A stretch of DNA of 64,000 bases from Candidatus Gottesmanbacteria bacterium RIFCSPHIGHO2_01_FULL_40_15 (GTDB taxonomy: Bacteria > Patescibacteriota > Microgenomatia > 2-02-FULL-39-11): assembly GCA_001779115.1 (NCBI GenBank), contig MFJF01000015.1, forward strand, positions 22,491 through 86,490. Reading direction: 5' to 3'. The notes under the pieces are model-generated. The model worked only from the letters and a program-made list of their open reading frames with translations. It did not search any database and had not been told where the DNA came from. This document shows positions 8,360 to 18,248 of the stretch, one piece after another. The translations under genes and the position numbers were made by a program. Within the stretch, counting starts at the first letter, position 1, and every line of letters begins with the position of its first letter.

Positions 8360-9526
8360 TTATCTCAACCAATTTTCAGTTAACCGTTTAAACCTGTTTT
8401 CGCTTATGGCTTCCCTTATTTCATTCATGAGTGAGCCGAAAAAAAACAGGTTGTGTATAGTAGCCAGCCTGTATGAAAGAAGCTCCCGGCTCCTGAATAA
8501 ATGGTTTAAGTAAGAGCGGGAAAAATTACTGCAGGTATAGCAGGAGCAATTTTTGACAGGGGGCCGCTTGTCACCGGTATAAATACTTTTGATAATGTCA
8601 TATCTGAATTTATTTTTAAGCCCTGCATTTTTGTCAAAAATCCATCCCATCCTTCCCAGTCTGGTCGGTGTTACACAATCCAAGCTGTCAATTCCTTTGC
8701 CGACAGATATGAAAATATCTTCAATTTCCCCGATCCCCAGAAAGTGGATAGGTTTTTCAGTCGGAAGCAAATAAGGCAGCGTCCAGTCCAAAACGGCAAA
8801 AACTTTCTCCCGCGGTTCACGGCTGTTGGCCACGCTGCCGATGGCCAATCCGTCAAAGGACAGGTGGCTCATAAATTCAGCTGATTCTTGCCGCAAATCC
8901 TTAAAAACTGATCCCTGAACTATCCCGTATAGAAATTGTTCAGTTACTCTTTTTTTTATAAGTAAATCAAGGCAAATACGGGCCCATCGGTGAGTCCTTT
9001 CCATGGCGGTAATTGCCTTTTCCCGAATAATTGGATAGAAAGTACATTCATCAAAGGCCATTAAAATATCCGCGCCCAACTCGAGTTGCGCCCGAATTGA
9101 TTCAACCGGACCCAAAAATTGCCTGCTTCCGTCCCATGCTGATTTGAATGTTATACCCGAATCGGATATTTTCACCAGCGTTTTTTCAATCCTGTTTTGC
9201 CGCGGACCGTGTTCCGACAGGGAAAAGGCCTGGAATCCTCCGGAGTCCGTCATGACAGGTCCGCTCCAGTTCATAAATTTATGAAGCCCCCCGGATTTTT
9301 TAACCGTTGCCACACCCGGGCGGAAAAGCATATGGTAAGTATTGACAAAAAAAACATCCAGATTTGCTGCCCGTATTTCCTCAGGGGTTACCGATTTTAC
9401 AACGGCGCCTGTTCCGACCGGAACAAATGCCGGTGTTCTTATAACGCCGTGTGAAGTATGTATTTCTCCCGCTCGGGCCGACGATTTATTATCCCTGAAT
9501 TTGATATTAAACTTTAAATTGGACAT
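8360..9526 (-). CDS. tgt: queuine tRNA-ribosyltransferase
   Basis: TPAFVPVGT, VNTYHMLFRPG, DSGGFQ and LAFDEC motifs. C-terminal zinc site CxCxxC...H (CSCYTCSNF...HL). Confidence 0.9.
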   Translation of the reverse strand: MSNLKFNIKFRDNKSSARAGEIHTSHGVIRTPAFVPVGTGAVVKSVTPEEIRAANLDVFFVNTYHMLFRPGVATVKKSGGLHKFMNWSGPVMTDSGGFQAFSLSEHGPRQNRIEKTLVKISDSGITFKSAWDGSRQFLGPVESIRAQLELGADILMAFDECTFYPIIREKAITAMERTHRWARICLDLLIKKRVTEQFLYGIVQGSVFKDLRQESAEFMSHLSFDGLAIGSVANSREPREKVFAVLDWTLPYLLPTEKPIHFLGIGEIEDIFISVGKGIDSLDCVTPTRLGRMGWIFDKNAGLKNKFRYDIIKSIYTGDKRPPVKNCSCYTCSNFSRSYLNHLFRSRELLSYRLATIHNLFFFGSLMNEIREAISENRFKRLTENWLR

Positions 9527-9586
9527 ACTTCTTATATTCGGTAATTTCTTTTATAATGCCGGTAATTAATCCGGCAAATTCCTTTA

Positions 9587-9988
9587 ATGATAATCAGATC
9601 AATCAACAAAATCAAAGAACAGCCGGCCGGCCATGAAAATAAGAAAAATCCCGGCTCCCTGAAAAAAATTATCTTTGACCGGAAAAATTTGCCGGGTCTT
9701 TATAAACCCCAAATGATTAATTGGGCCCGCATTCCCTCCGGAAGAAAATTTAGGCCGCATTACCATCAGGATATGACAGAAATCTTCATTATCCTAAAAG
9801 GCCGTGCCGGAATAACCGTAGACGGCAAATTTGCCCGCTTAAAAAAAGGTGATGCGGTTTTAATTGAGGAAATGAAAGAGCATGAAATGGAAAACACCGG
9901 AAAGCAGGATGTTGAATATCTCGTTATCGGTTTATCCCGCGGTGAAGGAGGGAAAACCGTCATCTCCGGGCAAAAAAATAATGAATAA
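9587..9988 (+). CDS. cupin-domain protein. Start uncertain; an internal ATG near 9713 is also possible.
   Basis: Two-His cupin motifs (HYHQDMTEIFIILKG...GDAVLIEE..EHEMEN), about 110-130 aa. Confidence 0.5.
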   Translation: MIIRSINKIKEQPAGHENKKNPGSLKKIIFDRKNLPGLYKPQMINWARIPSGRKFRPHYHQDMTEIFIILKGRAGITVDGKFARLKKGDAVLIEEMKEHEMENTGKQDVEYLVIGLSRGEGGKTVISGQKNNE

Positions 9989-11384
9989 AAAAAGCTTGGT
10001 CTTCTTTATCTTTCTGACATTTTCGGCTCTGACAGCTTTTTATTTATTCCGTAAGTCTTTAAACGGGTTCTTTTTCCAGGATGACTGGTTTTCACTTAAA
10101 ATCAGTTCGGTTAAAAACATTAGGGATGCCTTAAATATATTTGTTCCAAGGTCTGACGTGATTTATTACCGTCCTTTGGGAATGCAGTTGCCCTTTTATC
10201 TCTTAAGCTTGGGCGGTAAGATTAACCCCATCCCGTTTAAGGTACTTATAGCCGTGGTGCATTTTGCCAATATTTGTCTTCTAAGTCTTCTGATTCTGAA
10301 GTTAACCGGAAAAAAATTCAGTTCACTTTTGGTTTCATTTTTCTATTCCACTTCCCTGATTCATTTCACTATTTTTTGGTGGAGCGCCACTTTATCATTT
10401 ATTTTAACAACTTTCTTTTTGCTTATAGCCCTCATTTTATATTTAAAATATTTAACGGAAAAAAAATTTTGGTCTTATTTCTCAACCCTGTTATTTTTTA
10501 CCCTGGCTCTCTTAACCAATGAGATGGCGTTGATTTTTCCGGTGCTAACGCTGTTGCTGCTATGGCTGATTAAAAAAGGAAAGTTCTCATATTTGGGGGT
10601 TGTTCCCTTTATAATTTTACCGGTAATACTTTTTTCAGCCCGATTTCTGTATTTTCCGCCGCCGATATCCGGGGATTACCGGCTGGTTATCGACAGGGGA
10701 CTGATTATTAATCTGAGGGATTACTTCCTCTGGAGTTTTAATTGGCCAGAAGAAATGAAAGGACAATTCGTTAAATTTTTTGCAGTCAATCCTCTTTTTA
10801 TCAGCGGTTTTAAACCTTATTTTTTGGCATTTGTTGTAACACTTTTTATTAATTTGTCTTTCCTTTTTTTAATTCCCTTTCTTTATCTTCTGATTTCCGG
10901 GAATTTAATACCCTTCCGGATGATTATATTCGGAGCTGGTTTATTTCTGGCGGGTTTATTGCCGGTTATACTTTTCGGCCGGCACACTTTTTCCTATTAT
11001 CTGACTCTTTCCCTGATCGGACTGCTTCTTATAACCTCCTCTCTGATTGAAGAGTTTTTCGCAAGTTTCGAAGGCAAATACAGACTTTTGGTTTTCTTTT
11101 ATTTGCTGGTAATTCTAACCAATTGGCTCTATTCGTCATTTATGGGCTTCGAGTTCAACATGAAAGTCCATTGGGCTCCCCGCCGATCGGATATTTCGCA
11201 AAAACTTATTTCTCATGCCGGAGGATTAAAACCGGCTGCCGGGCAAACAGTAATTATTTCGGTAAATAATAATCCTGAAGTGAAACTGGCTTTAAACAAT
11301 CAGGACGCGTTCCAAGTTTTGTTCGGCAGAAACGATATCATTACTGTTTATTCAGATAAAATCGAGGCCGATTTCAGATTATGA
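9983..11384 (+). CDS. polytopic integral membrane protein of unknown function, possibly GT-C-like
   Basis: 467 aa and at least 11 hydrophobic segments. ATGAATAAA start overlaps the cupin stop. I recognised no family. The ORF track start of 9882 is rejected because of the overlap. Confidence 0.45.
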
Positions 11385-12529
11385 AGAAAACTATTGTAGT
11401 ACTAGCAATTGTTATTACTTCGCTGCATTTAATAAATTTCTGGCATATAAATCTGGAAAGGTTAAAAAGACCCTTTGATCCGGATTACTTTTCCGGACTT
11501 TATTCAACTTCCCAATATGTTTTGGGAGAAAAATCAAAAGGAGGTATCGGTGATGACGGACTTTATGCTTTTGCCGGCTATTATTACTTTTTCCAACAGG
11601 GAGATGTCAGTGCGGTAAACTTTGAACACCCGCCTTTGGGGAAATATCTAATTGGACTTTCAATTTTTCTTTTTAACAACGAAATTATAATCGGAATTAT
11701 ATATTTTATTTTTCTTCTTATCACGGTTTATAAATTAAGCGGTTTACTGATAAGTGATAAATATCTTTCCCTTCTTCCCCCGATTCTGATTTCATGGGAT
11801 CCGCTCTTTCTCGATCACACAATAAGATCCCAGCTTGACCTTCCCTTCTCGTTGTTTTTCGTCACGGCTGTTTATTTTTTTCTTCTGATTTTTAAAAATA
11901 ATACCGGTATATATCTTTCCCAATTATTTTGGGCCTTGGCGTTTAGCGTCCGTTTTTTCCCGTTTCTTATTATTTTGGAAATTTATATGGCAATTATTAC
12001 ATTTTTTGTCGGCCGCAGGTTTTTACTCCGGTTTCTTCTGTCGTCACTTTTAACTCCGGTTATATACCTTGTAACCCATACCGTTTTTTTTATTTACCAT
12101 CCGTCACTGGTGGAATTTCTCAGGCATAAAAAATGGATGCTCGCCTGGTTTACCGGAACTCCGGTTAAATTCGGCAATATCTTAAGAAACATTTTTACCG
12201 GAAGGCTTCTTGATACGCTTGATAATTCGGTTGTCAATAACCTGTGGACTCCGATGCAGCCGGTAATTTTAGTTTTGGCACTGCTTTGTCCGTGTCAATT
12301 TCATCGGCGGAATAATTCAATTAGCGTAAAATTTTCCCCGTATTTTGTTCTATTAGGTTTTGTAATCTTATATTTCCTTTATACCGTAATTTTAACCGGC
12401 GGCCAGGCGAAATTTATCATGCCTGTATTTCCGCTGATGGCGGTTCTGGCGGTAAAGAATGCGGCAGATCTCTATAGTATAATACTGCCATGGATCAGGG
12501 CGCGCTTGAGGCATTCAAAAACAAAGTAG
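11381..12529 (+). CDS. short PMT-like (GT39-type) GT-C mannosyltransferase homologue
   Basis: The loop after TM1 reads DDGLYAFAGYYYFFQQGDVSAVNFEHPPLGKYLIGL, which resembles the PMT loop-1 DE...HPPLGKLL signature. Many TM segments, 382 aa, no MIR domain. Confidence 0.55.
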   Translation: MKKTIVVLAIVITSLHLINFWHINLERLKRPFDPDYFSGLYSTSQYVLGEKSKGGIGDDGLYAFAGYYYFFQQGDVSAVNFEHPPLGKYLIGLSIFLFNNEIIIGIIYFIFLLITVYKLSGLLISDKYLSLLPPILISWDPLFLDHTIRSQLDLPFSLFFVTAVYFFLLIFKNNTGIYLSQLFWALAFSVRFFPFLIILEIYMAIITFFVGRRFLLRFLLSSLLTPVIYLVTHTVFFIYHPSLVEFLRHKKWMLAWFTGTPVKFGNILRNIFTGRLLDTLDNSVVNNLWTPMQPVILVLALLCPCQFHRRNNSISVKFSPYFVLLGFVILYFLYTVILTGGQAKFIMPVFPLMAVLAVKNAADLYSIILPWIRARLRHSKTK

Positions 12530-13935
12530 TCGGCGGCGTTTTGGCCTTAACTACACGGACTTTCATCCTCCAGATAATATCATTTACTGCTACTTTTATT
12601 CTGACCATATTGCTGTCTCCTGAAATATTCGGGATTTTTTTTGTTGTTTCAGCCGTAATTTCCTTTCTTACCTATTTTTCCGATATCGGACTGGCAGCGG
12701 CTCTTATACAGAAAAAGGATGAGCCTGTCAGAAGCGAACTGGTGTCCGTTTTTACTTTACAGCAGGTGATAGTAACCCTAGTAGTCGCAGTCTCTTTTTT
12801 AAATGTTTCGCTAATTTCCCGTTTTTATAAATTATCCGGGGATGGTACTTTTCTTTTCCAGGCTCTTTTAGTTTCTTTTTTTCTTTCTTCTTTAAAGACC
12901 ATACCCTCAATTCTTCTGGAACGTAAACTGGATTTTTCCCTTTTGGTAGTCCCTCAGATTCTTGAAAATCTGGCTTTTTACCTAACGGCCGTAATTCTGG
13001 CGCTTTTGAATTTGGGTATTGCCAGTTTCGCCTGGGCAGCTTTGATCAGAGGCATTGTCGGTTTGATTGCCATTTATTCAGTTTCTCCATGGGTTCCGGG
13101 TCTTGGTTTTTCCTATTCCTCGGTGAGACACCTGATTACTTTTGGAATTCCTTTCCAGGCTAATTCTCTTCTGGCACTCGTTAAGGATGATCTTCTTACA
13201 TTATATTTGGGCAAAATACTGCCTTTTTCCTTTATCGGCTATCTTGGCTGGGCAAAAAAATGGGCTGAAATTCCTCTCAGGCTTATTATGGACAGTGCCG
13301 TCAGGGTCACTTTCCCGGCCTTTTCAAGAATCCAAAAAGAAACCGCCTTATTGAAAAAAGCCATTGACAAAACCGTATTTTTTCTGGCGCTTTTGATTCT
13401 GCCGGTATCGGTTCTTTTGATTGTCTATATTAAACCGGCCATCGGAATAATTCCTAAATATCAGAAATGGGAGCCGGCTTTACCGGCTTTTTATCTTTTT
13501 TCACTTTCTGCTGTCCTGGCGTCCTTTTCCAGTCCGATTGTTAACGCGCTTAATGCTTTGGGGAAAATTAGAAAAACCTTAGGTCTGATGTTACTCTGGA
13601 CTGTAATGACCTGGATGCTGGTACCGGTTCTGACAAATCTTATCGGCTATAACGGTTGGCCGATTTCAGCCCTTCTTATTTCCTCCACTCTATTCCTGCC
13701 TGTGTCAATGTTAAAAAAGTATGTCAGTTTTGATTTTTGGAAAAATCTGAAAACCCCCCTGGTCTTAACTTTGGTAATGTTCCTGTTTTCGTTTATGACA
13801 ATGTCTTTTGTATATAATATTTATACTCTGGTTGCTTTAATTTCTGCCTCCCTCCTTTTATACTTGCTTTTATGTTTTTATTTTCTTAAAAAAGACATCT
13901 TGCCTTTTCTTCCGGAGTTTCTAAAACGTGTTTGA
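12490..13935 (+). CDS. Wzx-like polysaccharide/oligosaccharide flippase (MOP/PST family)
   Basis: 481 aa with about 12-14 TM segments. The N-terminus (KNKVVGGVLALTTRTFILQIISFTATFILTILLSPEIFGIFFVVSAV) is typical of PST-family flippases. Confidence 0.7.
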   Translation: MDQGALEAFKNKVVGGVLALTTRTFILQIISFTATFILTILLSPEIFGIFFVVSAVISFLTYFSDIGLAAALIQKKDEPVRSELVSVFTLQQVIVTLVVAVSFLNVSLISRFYKLSGDGTFLFQALLVSFFLSSLKTIPSILLERKLDFSLLVVPQILENLAFYLTAVILALLNLGIASFAWAALIRGIVGLIAIYSVSPWVPGLGFSYSSVRHLITFGIPFQANSLLALVKDDLLTLYLGKILPFSFIGYLGWAKKWAEIPLRLIMDSAVRVTFPAFSRIQKETALLKKAIDKTVFFLALLILPVSVLLIVYIKPAIGIIPKYQKWEPALPAFYLFSLSAVLASFSSPIVNALNALGKIRKTLGLMLLWTVMTWMLVPVLTNLIGYNGWPISALLISSTLFLPVSMLKKYVSFDFWKNLKTPLVLTLVMFLFSFMTMSFVYNIYTLVALISASLLLYLLLCFYFLKKDILPFLPEFLKRV

Positions 13936-15673
13936 TTTTAGTAAAACAGCCATAAACCGTGCTTTTTCTTTTCCGGCAACACTACTGATGCTGTTTTTGT
14001 GTTTGGGTATTTTCAGTTCATCCATGCCAAAGGCAGTGGCATCGCCCCGGTATATGCCATCTGCTTCTTATGTAAACATTGTAGTACCGTTAAGAAGCCG
14101 GGAATATTGGAAGGATTTCGGAAATGTTATTCCTCTGTTTGAATTCCTGAAAGAGGAAAAATTGCCCACAACTGTTCTTATCCAGTACTCCAATCTCCGT
14201 GATCCGCAGGTCCGAGATTATTTAAAAAGTCTTCCTGAAAATTTTGAATTGGGTTTGTTTTTGGAAGTAGATCAGGTTCTGGCAGATGATTCATTTGCTT
14301 CATATTATTTCGGCATGGATGACCGTTCCCACGCTAATCAGATATTCTTGTCAGGCTATAAAGTAAGTGAAAGGAAAAGAATGATTGATTCTGTTTTTAA
14401 CCGGTTTCGGGAAGTATTCGGATATTTCCCCGGATCTGCCGGAGCCTGGTATGTGGACGCTTTATCCCAAAATTACCTTAAGGATAAATACGGAGTTTCA
14501 GCGCTACTTGATGTTGCCGACCAGTTCCGGACGGATACTTACGGTCTTTGGGGTAAACCATGGGGAACTCCTTTTTTCCCGTCAAAAATAAATCCCCTGG
14601 TACCCTCAGCCGGTAAAAGTGATAATTCACAAATAGTTAAAATCCAGTGGGCAGCACGAGATCCTGTCAGGGGCTATGGCCTCAATGTCTTTGATTCAAC
14701 TTACAGCGTCCAGGCTAATGATTATATTAAAGGGCACCGGTTGGATACCGGTTATTTTACCCATTTAGCTGCCGCTTATCTTTTTTCAAAAAATTATGTT
14801 AACCAGTTAACCCTGGGACTTGAAGCAGGCCAGGAAGGGGCTTCATTTCTGGATGAATTCAGGCTCCAGATTGAAGCTATCCGGCAATTAAACAGTGTTA
14901 ACAGGATAACCTTTGTAACCATGAAGGAATTTGCCGGCATTTTCCGCCGGGCTTATTCAGTGCCTAAATGGAGTTGGGCTGTAGAATCTTCCGATTATTT
15001 TAACCGCCAAACTAAAGCTTACTGGATAAATTTCCCTTCCTATAGGGTTTTAATACTTTTTGAAAATAACGGTTTGATCCTAAAAGATCTCAGGGTTTAT
15101 GATAATGCCCGGTTTTGGGCTGATTTTTTCGATTCCGACCGAAATCGCGATTTAAAAAGAATTCTTCCTGCCTGTATTGACAGCCTTAATATGCACAATG
15201 AAATGCTTCTTGCTGCCGGAGTCGACAGTCCCGAATTGGTACGGATTGATAATTCAAATACATTCTATATTCAGTTTAGCACTGATAAAAAATCCGGACC
15301 GGAAAAATTGGTTTTTTCAAAAGACGGCATTTTTTCCGGTAATGAAAATATCTTCGACTCAGGCCGTTTGCTTGTTTCCGATAATTTTCTGACGGAATTT
15401 TTTATGGATTTGATGCACGTTTATCAGCTTAAAAAAAACCGATTTTATGGGAAAAATATCCGTTTATCCAAAATAAACGGTAACTTTTATTTCGGCTTGG
15501 AAATATCTCCCGGAAAATTATTGGCGTTGACAAGTTCTTATCCATTCGGAGGTATTTATGATTTCCCTTTTCAGATTCTTTCCAAATTTCATAGGCTTAA
15601 TATTATTGACAATCTTCAGCCGTATTTTCAAAGTTTTATTAATCCGCCCGTTAATTGTAAAATTAAACTGTGA
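13928..15673 (+). CDS. hypothetical exported or membrane-anchored protein, possibly carbohydrate-active
   Basis: N-terminal hydrophobic signal or anchor followed by a soluble domain of about 540 aa. I recognised no catalytic motif. Confidence 0.4.
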   Translation: MFDFSKTAINRAFSFPATLLMLFLCLGIFSSSMPKAVASPRYMPSASYVNIVVPLRSREYWKDFGNVIPLFEFLKEEKLPTTVLIQYSNLRDPQVRDYLKSLPENFELGLFLEVDQVLADDSFASYYFGMDDRSHANQIFLSGYKVSERKRMIDSVFNRFREVFGYFPGSAGAWYVDALSQNYLKDKYGVSALLDVADQFRTDTYGLWGKPWGTPFFPSKINPLVPSAGKSDNSQIVKIQWAARDPVRGYGLNVFDSTYSVQANDYIKGHRLDTGYFTHLAAAYLFSKNYVNQLTLGLEAGQEGASFLDEFRLQIEAIRQLNSVNRITFVTMKEFAGIFRRAYSVPKWSWAVESSDYFNRQTKAYWINFPSYRVLILFENNGLILKDLRVYDNARFWADFFDSDRNRDLKRILPACIDSLNMHNEMLLAAGVDSPELVRIDNSNTFYIQFSTDKKSGPEKLVFSKDGIFSGNENIFDSGRLLVSDNFLTEFFMDLMHVYQLKKNRFYGKNIRLSKINGNFYFGLEISPGKLLALTSSYPFGGIYDFPFQILSKFHRLNIIDNLQPYFQSFINPPVNCKIKL

Positions 15674-16575
15674 TCAGTGCTGTCATACATACCTATAACG
15701 AAGAAGAAAATATTGACCGAAACCTGTCCTCCTTAACATGGGTTGATGAAATTATTCTGGTTGATATGGGTTCCAGGGATAAAACTTTGGAAATTGCCGG
15801 CCGGTATAAAACCAGAATTTTTGCTCACGCTTATACCGGCTACGTCGAACCTGCCAGAAATTTCGGAATCGGAAAAGCGAAAGGCGACTGGATCCTTATC
15901 ATAGATGCCGATGAGGAACTGCCTTGGTCTCTTTCCAAAAAAATCAGGCAACTGGAAAACATTCCGGATCAGGATATAACTTTCTACAGAATACCCAGGA
16001 AAAATGTTGTTTTCGGAAAATGGCTCAAACACTCCGGTTGGTGGCCGGATCACCAGATAAGATTTTTCAGAAAAGGCAGTGTTACCTGGGGTGATGAAAT
16101 TCACCGGGTACCGGTAACCCGGGGTATAGGCCGCGAGCTGGAAGACAGGGAAGAATTAGCAATCATTCACTACCATTACTCAACAATAGGCATGTACCTG
16201 AACCGGATAAACCGTTATTCCTCAATTCAGGCAAAAGAACTTTTTCTTAATAATAAAAAATTTACACCGGATTTGCTCATTTTCCCCCCGGTTAATGAAT
16301 TCGTCAAAAGGTTTTTTTTCCTGGAAGGTTATAAGGATGGACTTCACGGCCTGGCAGTTTCCCTGCTTCAGGCCTTTTCCGAACTTATTGTTTATTTAAA
16401 ACTTTGGGAATTATCGAAATTTTTTCAAATGCCCGTTTTACTTGACCGGGTTTACCGGAATAATAAAACGGTCGGCAGAATCTTTAATTACTGGCTTTAT
16501 AATGAACTTTTAAAAAAGCCAACCGGTTCTTTAAAAAGCCTTAAATGGCGTATTCTCCGTAAACTCAATTCATGA
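15670..16575 (+). CDS. GT2 glycosyltransferase, KdtX/WaaE-like (paralog 1 of 3)
   Basis: MISAVIHTYNEEENI...VDEIILVDMGSRDKT...DADEE. C-terminal LHGLAVSLLQAFSELIVYLKLWE helix shared with 17481 and 40840. GTGA start/stop overlap. Confidence 0.7.
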   Translation: MISAVIHTYNEEENIDRNLSSLTWVDEIILVDMGSRDKTLEIAGRYKTRIFAHAYTGYVEPARNFGIGKAKGDWILIIDADEELPWSLSKKIRQLENIPDQDITFYRIPRKNVVFGKWLKHSGWWPDHQIRFFRKGSVTWGDEIHRVPVTRGIGRELEDREELAIIHYHYSTIGMYLNRINRYSSIQAKELFLNNKKFTPDLLIFPPVNEFVKRFFFLEGYKDGLHGLAVSLLQAFSELIVYLKLWELSKFFQMPVLLDRVYRNNKTVGRIFNYWLYNELLKKPTGSLKSLKWRILRKLNS

Positions 16576-17468
16576 ATAATATTTTCATTGTAATTGTCCA
16601 TTTCGGCAAACCCGAACTGACTCAGGATTGCCTCCGGTCAATTTATCAAAGCCCCCAAGCTACTTGGAGCACAATCATTATTAATAACAGTCCTGACTGC
16701 AATTTAAACGGCATCATTTCTCCGTTTCAAGGCGTTTCAACCGTTAATCCCGGGAAAAATCTCGGTTTTGCCGCCGCCAATAATTTGGGAATAAGAAGCG
16801 CTTTAAAAAAGGGCGCCCGGATATTAATCCTCCTTAATAACGATACAATTGCCGGTGAAAATCTTATCCCGATCCTGGCGGATTTTGCCGGTAAAAATCC
16901 TGACACCGGGATTGTTTCTCCGAAGATATATTTTGCCCCCGGGTACGAATACCACCCTGAAAGGTACGGAAAAAAAGATTTGGGTAAAGTTATTTGGTAT
17001 GCCGGAGGTGTGATTGACTGGAAAAACATGTACGCGTCCCATATCGGCGTGGATGAAGTGGACAACCCCGGTCTCAACCCTTCCCGGAAAACCGATTTTG
17101 CCACTGGCTGCTGCATGCTGATAAATAGGGAAGTTGTGGAAAAAACAGGATTGATCGATGAGAAGTATTTTCTGTATTATGAAGATGTTGCTTATTCGCA
17201 AAAAGCCATAAAATCAGGTTTTAAAGTTTCCTATTGCCCAAAAGCCCATCTTTGGCACAAAAATGCCCGGTCATCCGGCCCGGGTTCTTCAGTTCATATT
17301 TACTATCAGTCCAGAAACAGGCTTTATTTCGGTATGAAATATGCTCCCTGGAAAACAAAGATTGCTCTAGTCAGAGAAAGCCTCCGGAAATTGTCCGAAG
17401 GCGGTATTGAATCCGGGGCTGTTATTGACTTTTATATTGGCCGTATGGGAAAAGGCCGCCTGAAGTGA
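16572..17468 (+). CDS. GT2 glycosyltransferase (rhamnosyltransferase-like)
   Basis: IFIVIVHFGKPELT...NNSPD...LLNNDT, and YYEDVAYS (the ED motif of GT2). Confidence 0.65.
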   Translation: MNNIFIVIVHFGKPELTQDCLRSIYQSPQATWSTIIINNSPDCNLNGIISPFQGVSTVNPGKNLGFAAANNLGIRSALKKGARILILLNNDTIAGENLIPILADFAGKNPDTGIVSPKIYFAPGYEYHPERYGKKDLGKVIWYAGGVIDWKNMYASHIGVDEVDNPGLNPSRKTDFATGCCMLINREVVEKTGLIDEKYFLYYEDVAYSQKAIKSGFKVSYCPKAHLWHKNARSSGPGSSVHIYYQSRNRLYFGMKYAPWKTKIALVRESLRKLSEGGIESGAVIDFYIGRMGKGRLK

Positions 17469-17480
17469 TTGTTTGACTAA

Positions 17481-18248
17481 ATGAAAAAAACATTATCAGT
17501 AATTGTCATTGCCAAAAACGAAGAAAAAAACTTGCCGGAATGTCTTAAACGGCTCAAATTTGCCGGTGAAATAATACTTATTGACAACAATTCGACTGAC
17601 CGGACACATTGGGTTGCGAAAAAATTTAATGCCCGGATCTACAATTATGCCGGTATGGATTTTTCAAAAATGAGGATTTTGGGAGCCCGGTTAGGAAGCT
17701 TTAATTGGCTTTTATATATTGATGCCGATGAAAGAGTCACGGCTGAGCTCGCAAAGGAAATAAAAGAAAAACTTATAAGACCTCCTCAAAAAGCCGCTCC
17801 GGCAGCCTACAGTCTGATCCGCCGGAATTTCTATTTCAGACGGTCTTGGCCGGCAGGCGAAAATATTATCAGGCTTATAAAAAAAGACGCACTAATTGGA
17901 TGGTCCGGTCCGGTCCATGAAAGCCCGCGCATAAATGGTACGGTCAGCCGGTTGAAAAATCCGCTTCTCCATTACACGCACAATGATCTTTTTGACATGG
18001 TTGAAAAAACTAATCTCTGGTCGGAAACGGAAGCTGATTTGAGATATAAAAAAAATCACCCTGAGGTGGTCTGGTGGAGATTTTACCGGGTAATGCTGAC
18101 GGCGTTTTTTAATTATTTTATCAGGCAAAATGGATTTAGAGCCGGTGCCATCGGCTTGGTGGAGTCATTATTTCAGGCATTTAGTATTTTTATAACCTAT
18201 GCCAAGTTATGGGAACGCCAGATTTCCCCAAAAGCCAAAATTGCATGA
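17481..18248 (+). CDS. GT2 glycosyltransferase, KdtX/WaaE-like (paralog 2)
   Basis: LSVIVIAKNEEKNL...AGEIILIDNNSTDRT...DADER, and a C-terminal GLVESLFQAFSIFITYAKLWE. Confidence 0.7.
   Translation: MKKTLSVIVIAKNEEKNLPECLKRLKFAGEIILIDNNSTDRTHWVAKKFNARIYNYAGMDFSKMRILGARLGSFNWLLYIDADERVTAELAKEIKEKLIRPPQKAAPAAYSLIRRNFYFRRSWPAGENIIRLIKKDALIGWSGPVHESPRINGTVSRLKNPLLHYTHNDLFDMVEKTNLWSETEADLRYKKNHPEVVWWRFYRVMLTAFFNYFIRQNGFRAGAIGLVESLFQAFSIFITYAKLWERQISPKAKIA

Noticed and set aside
8350-8360. Rho-independent terminators at convergent gene ends (8350-8360, 46629-46641)
   Set aside because: The gaps are 9-11 nt with no GC-rich stem-loop or U-tract; nothing there can be supported as a terminator.
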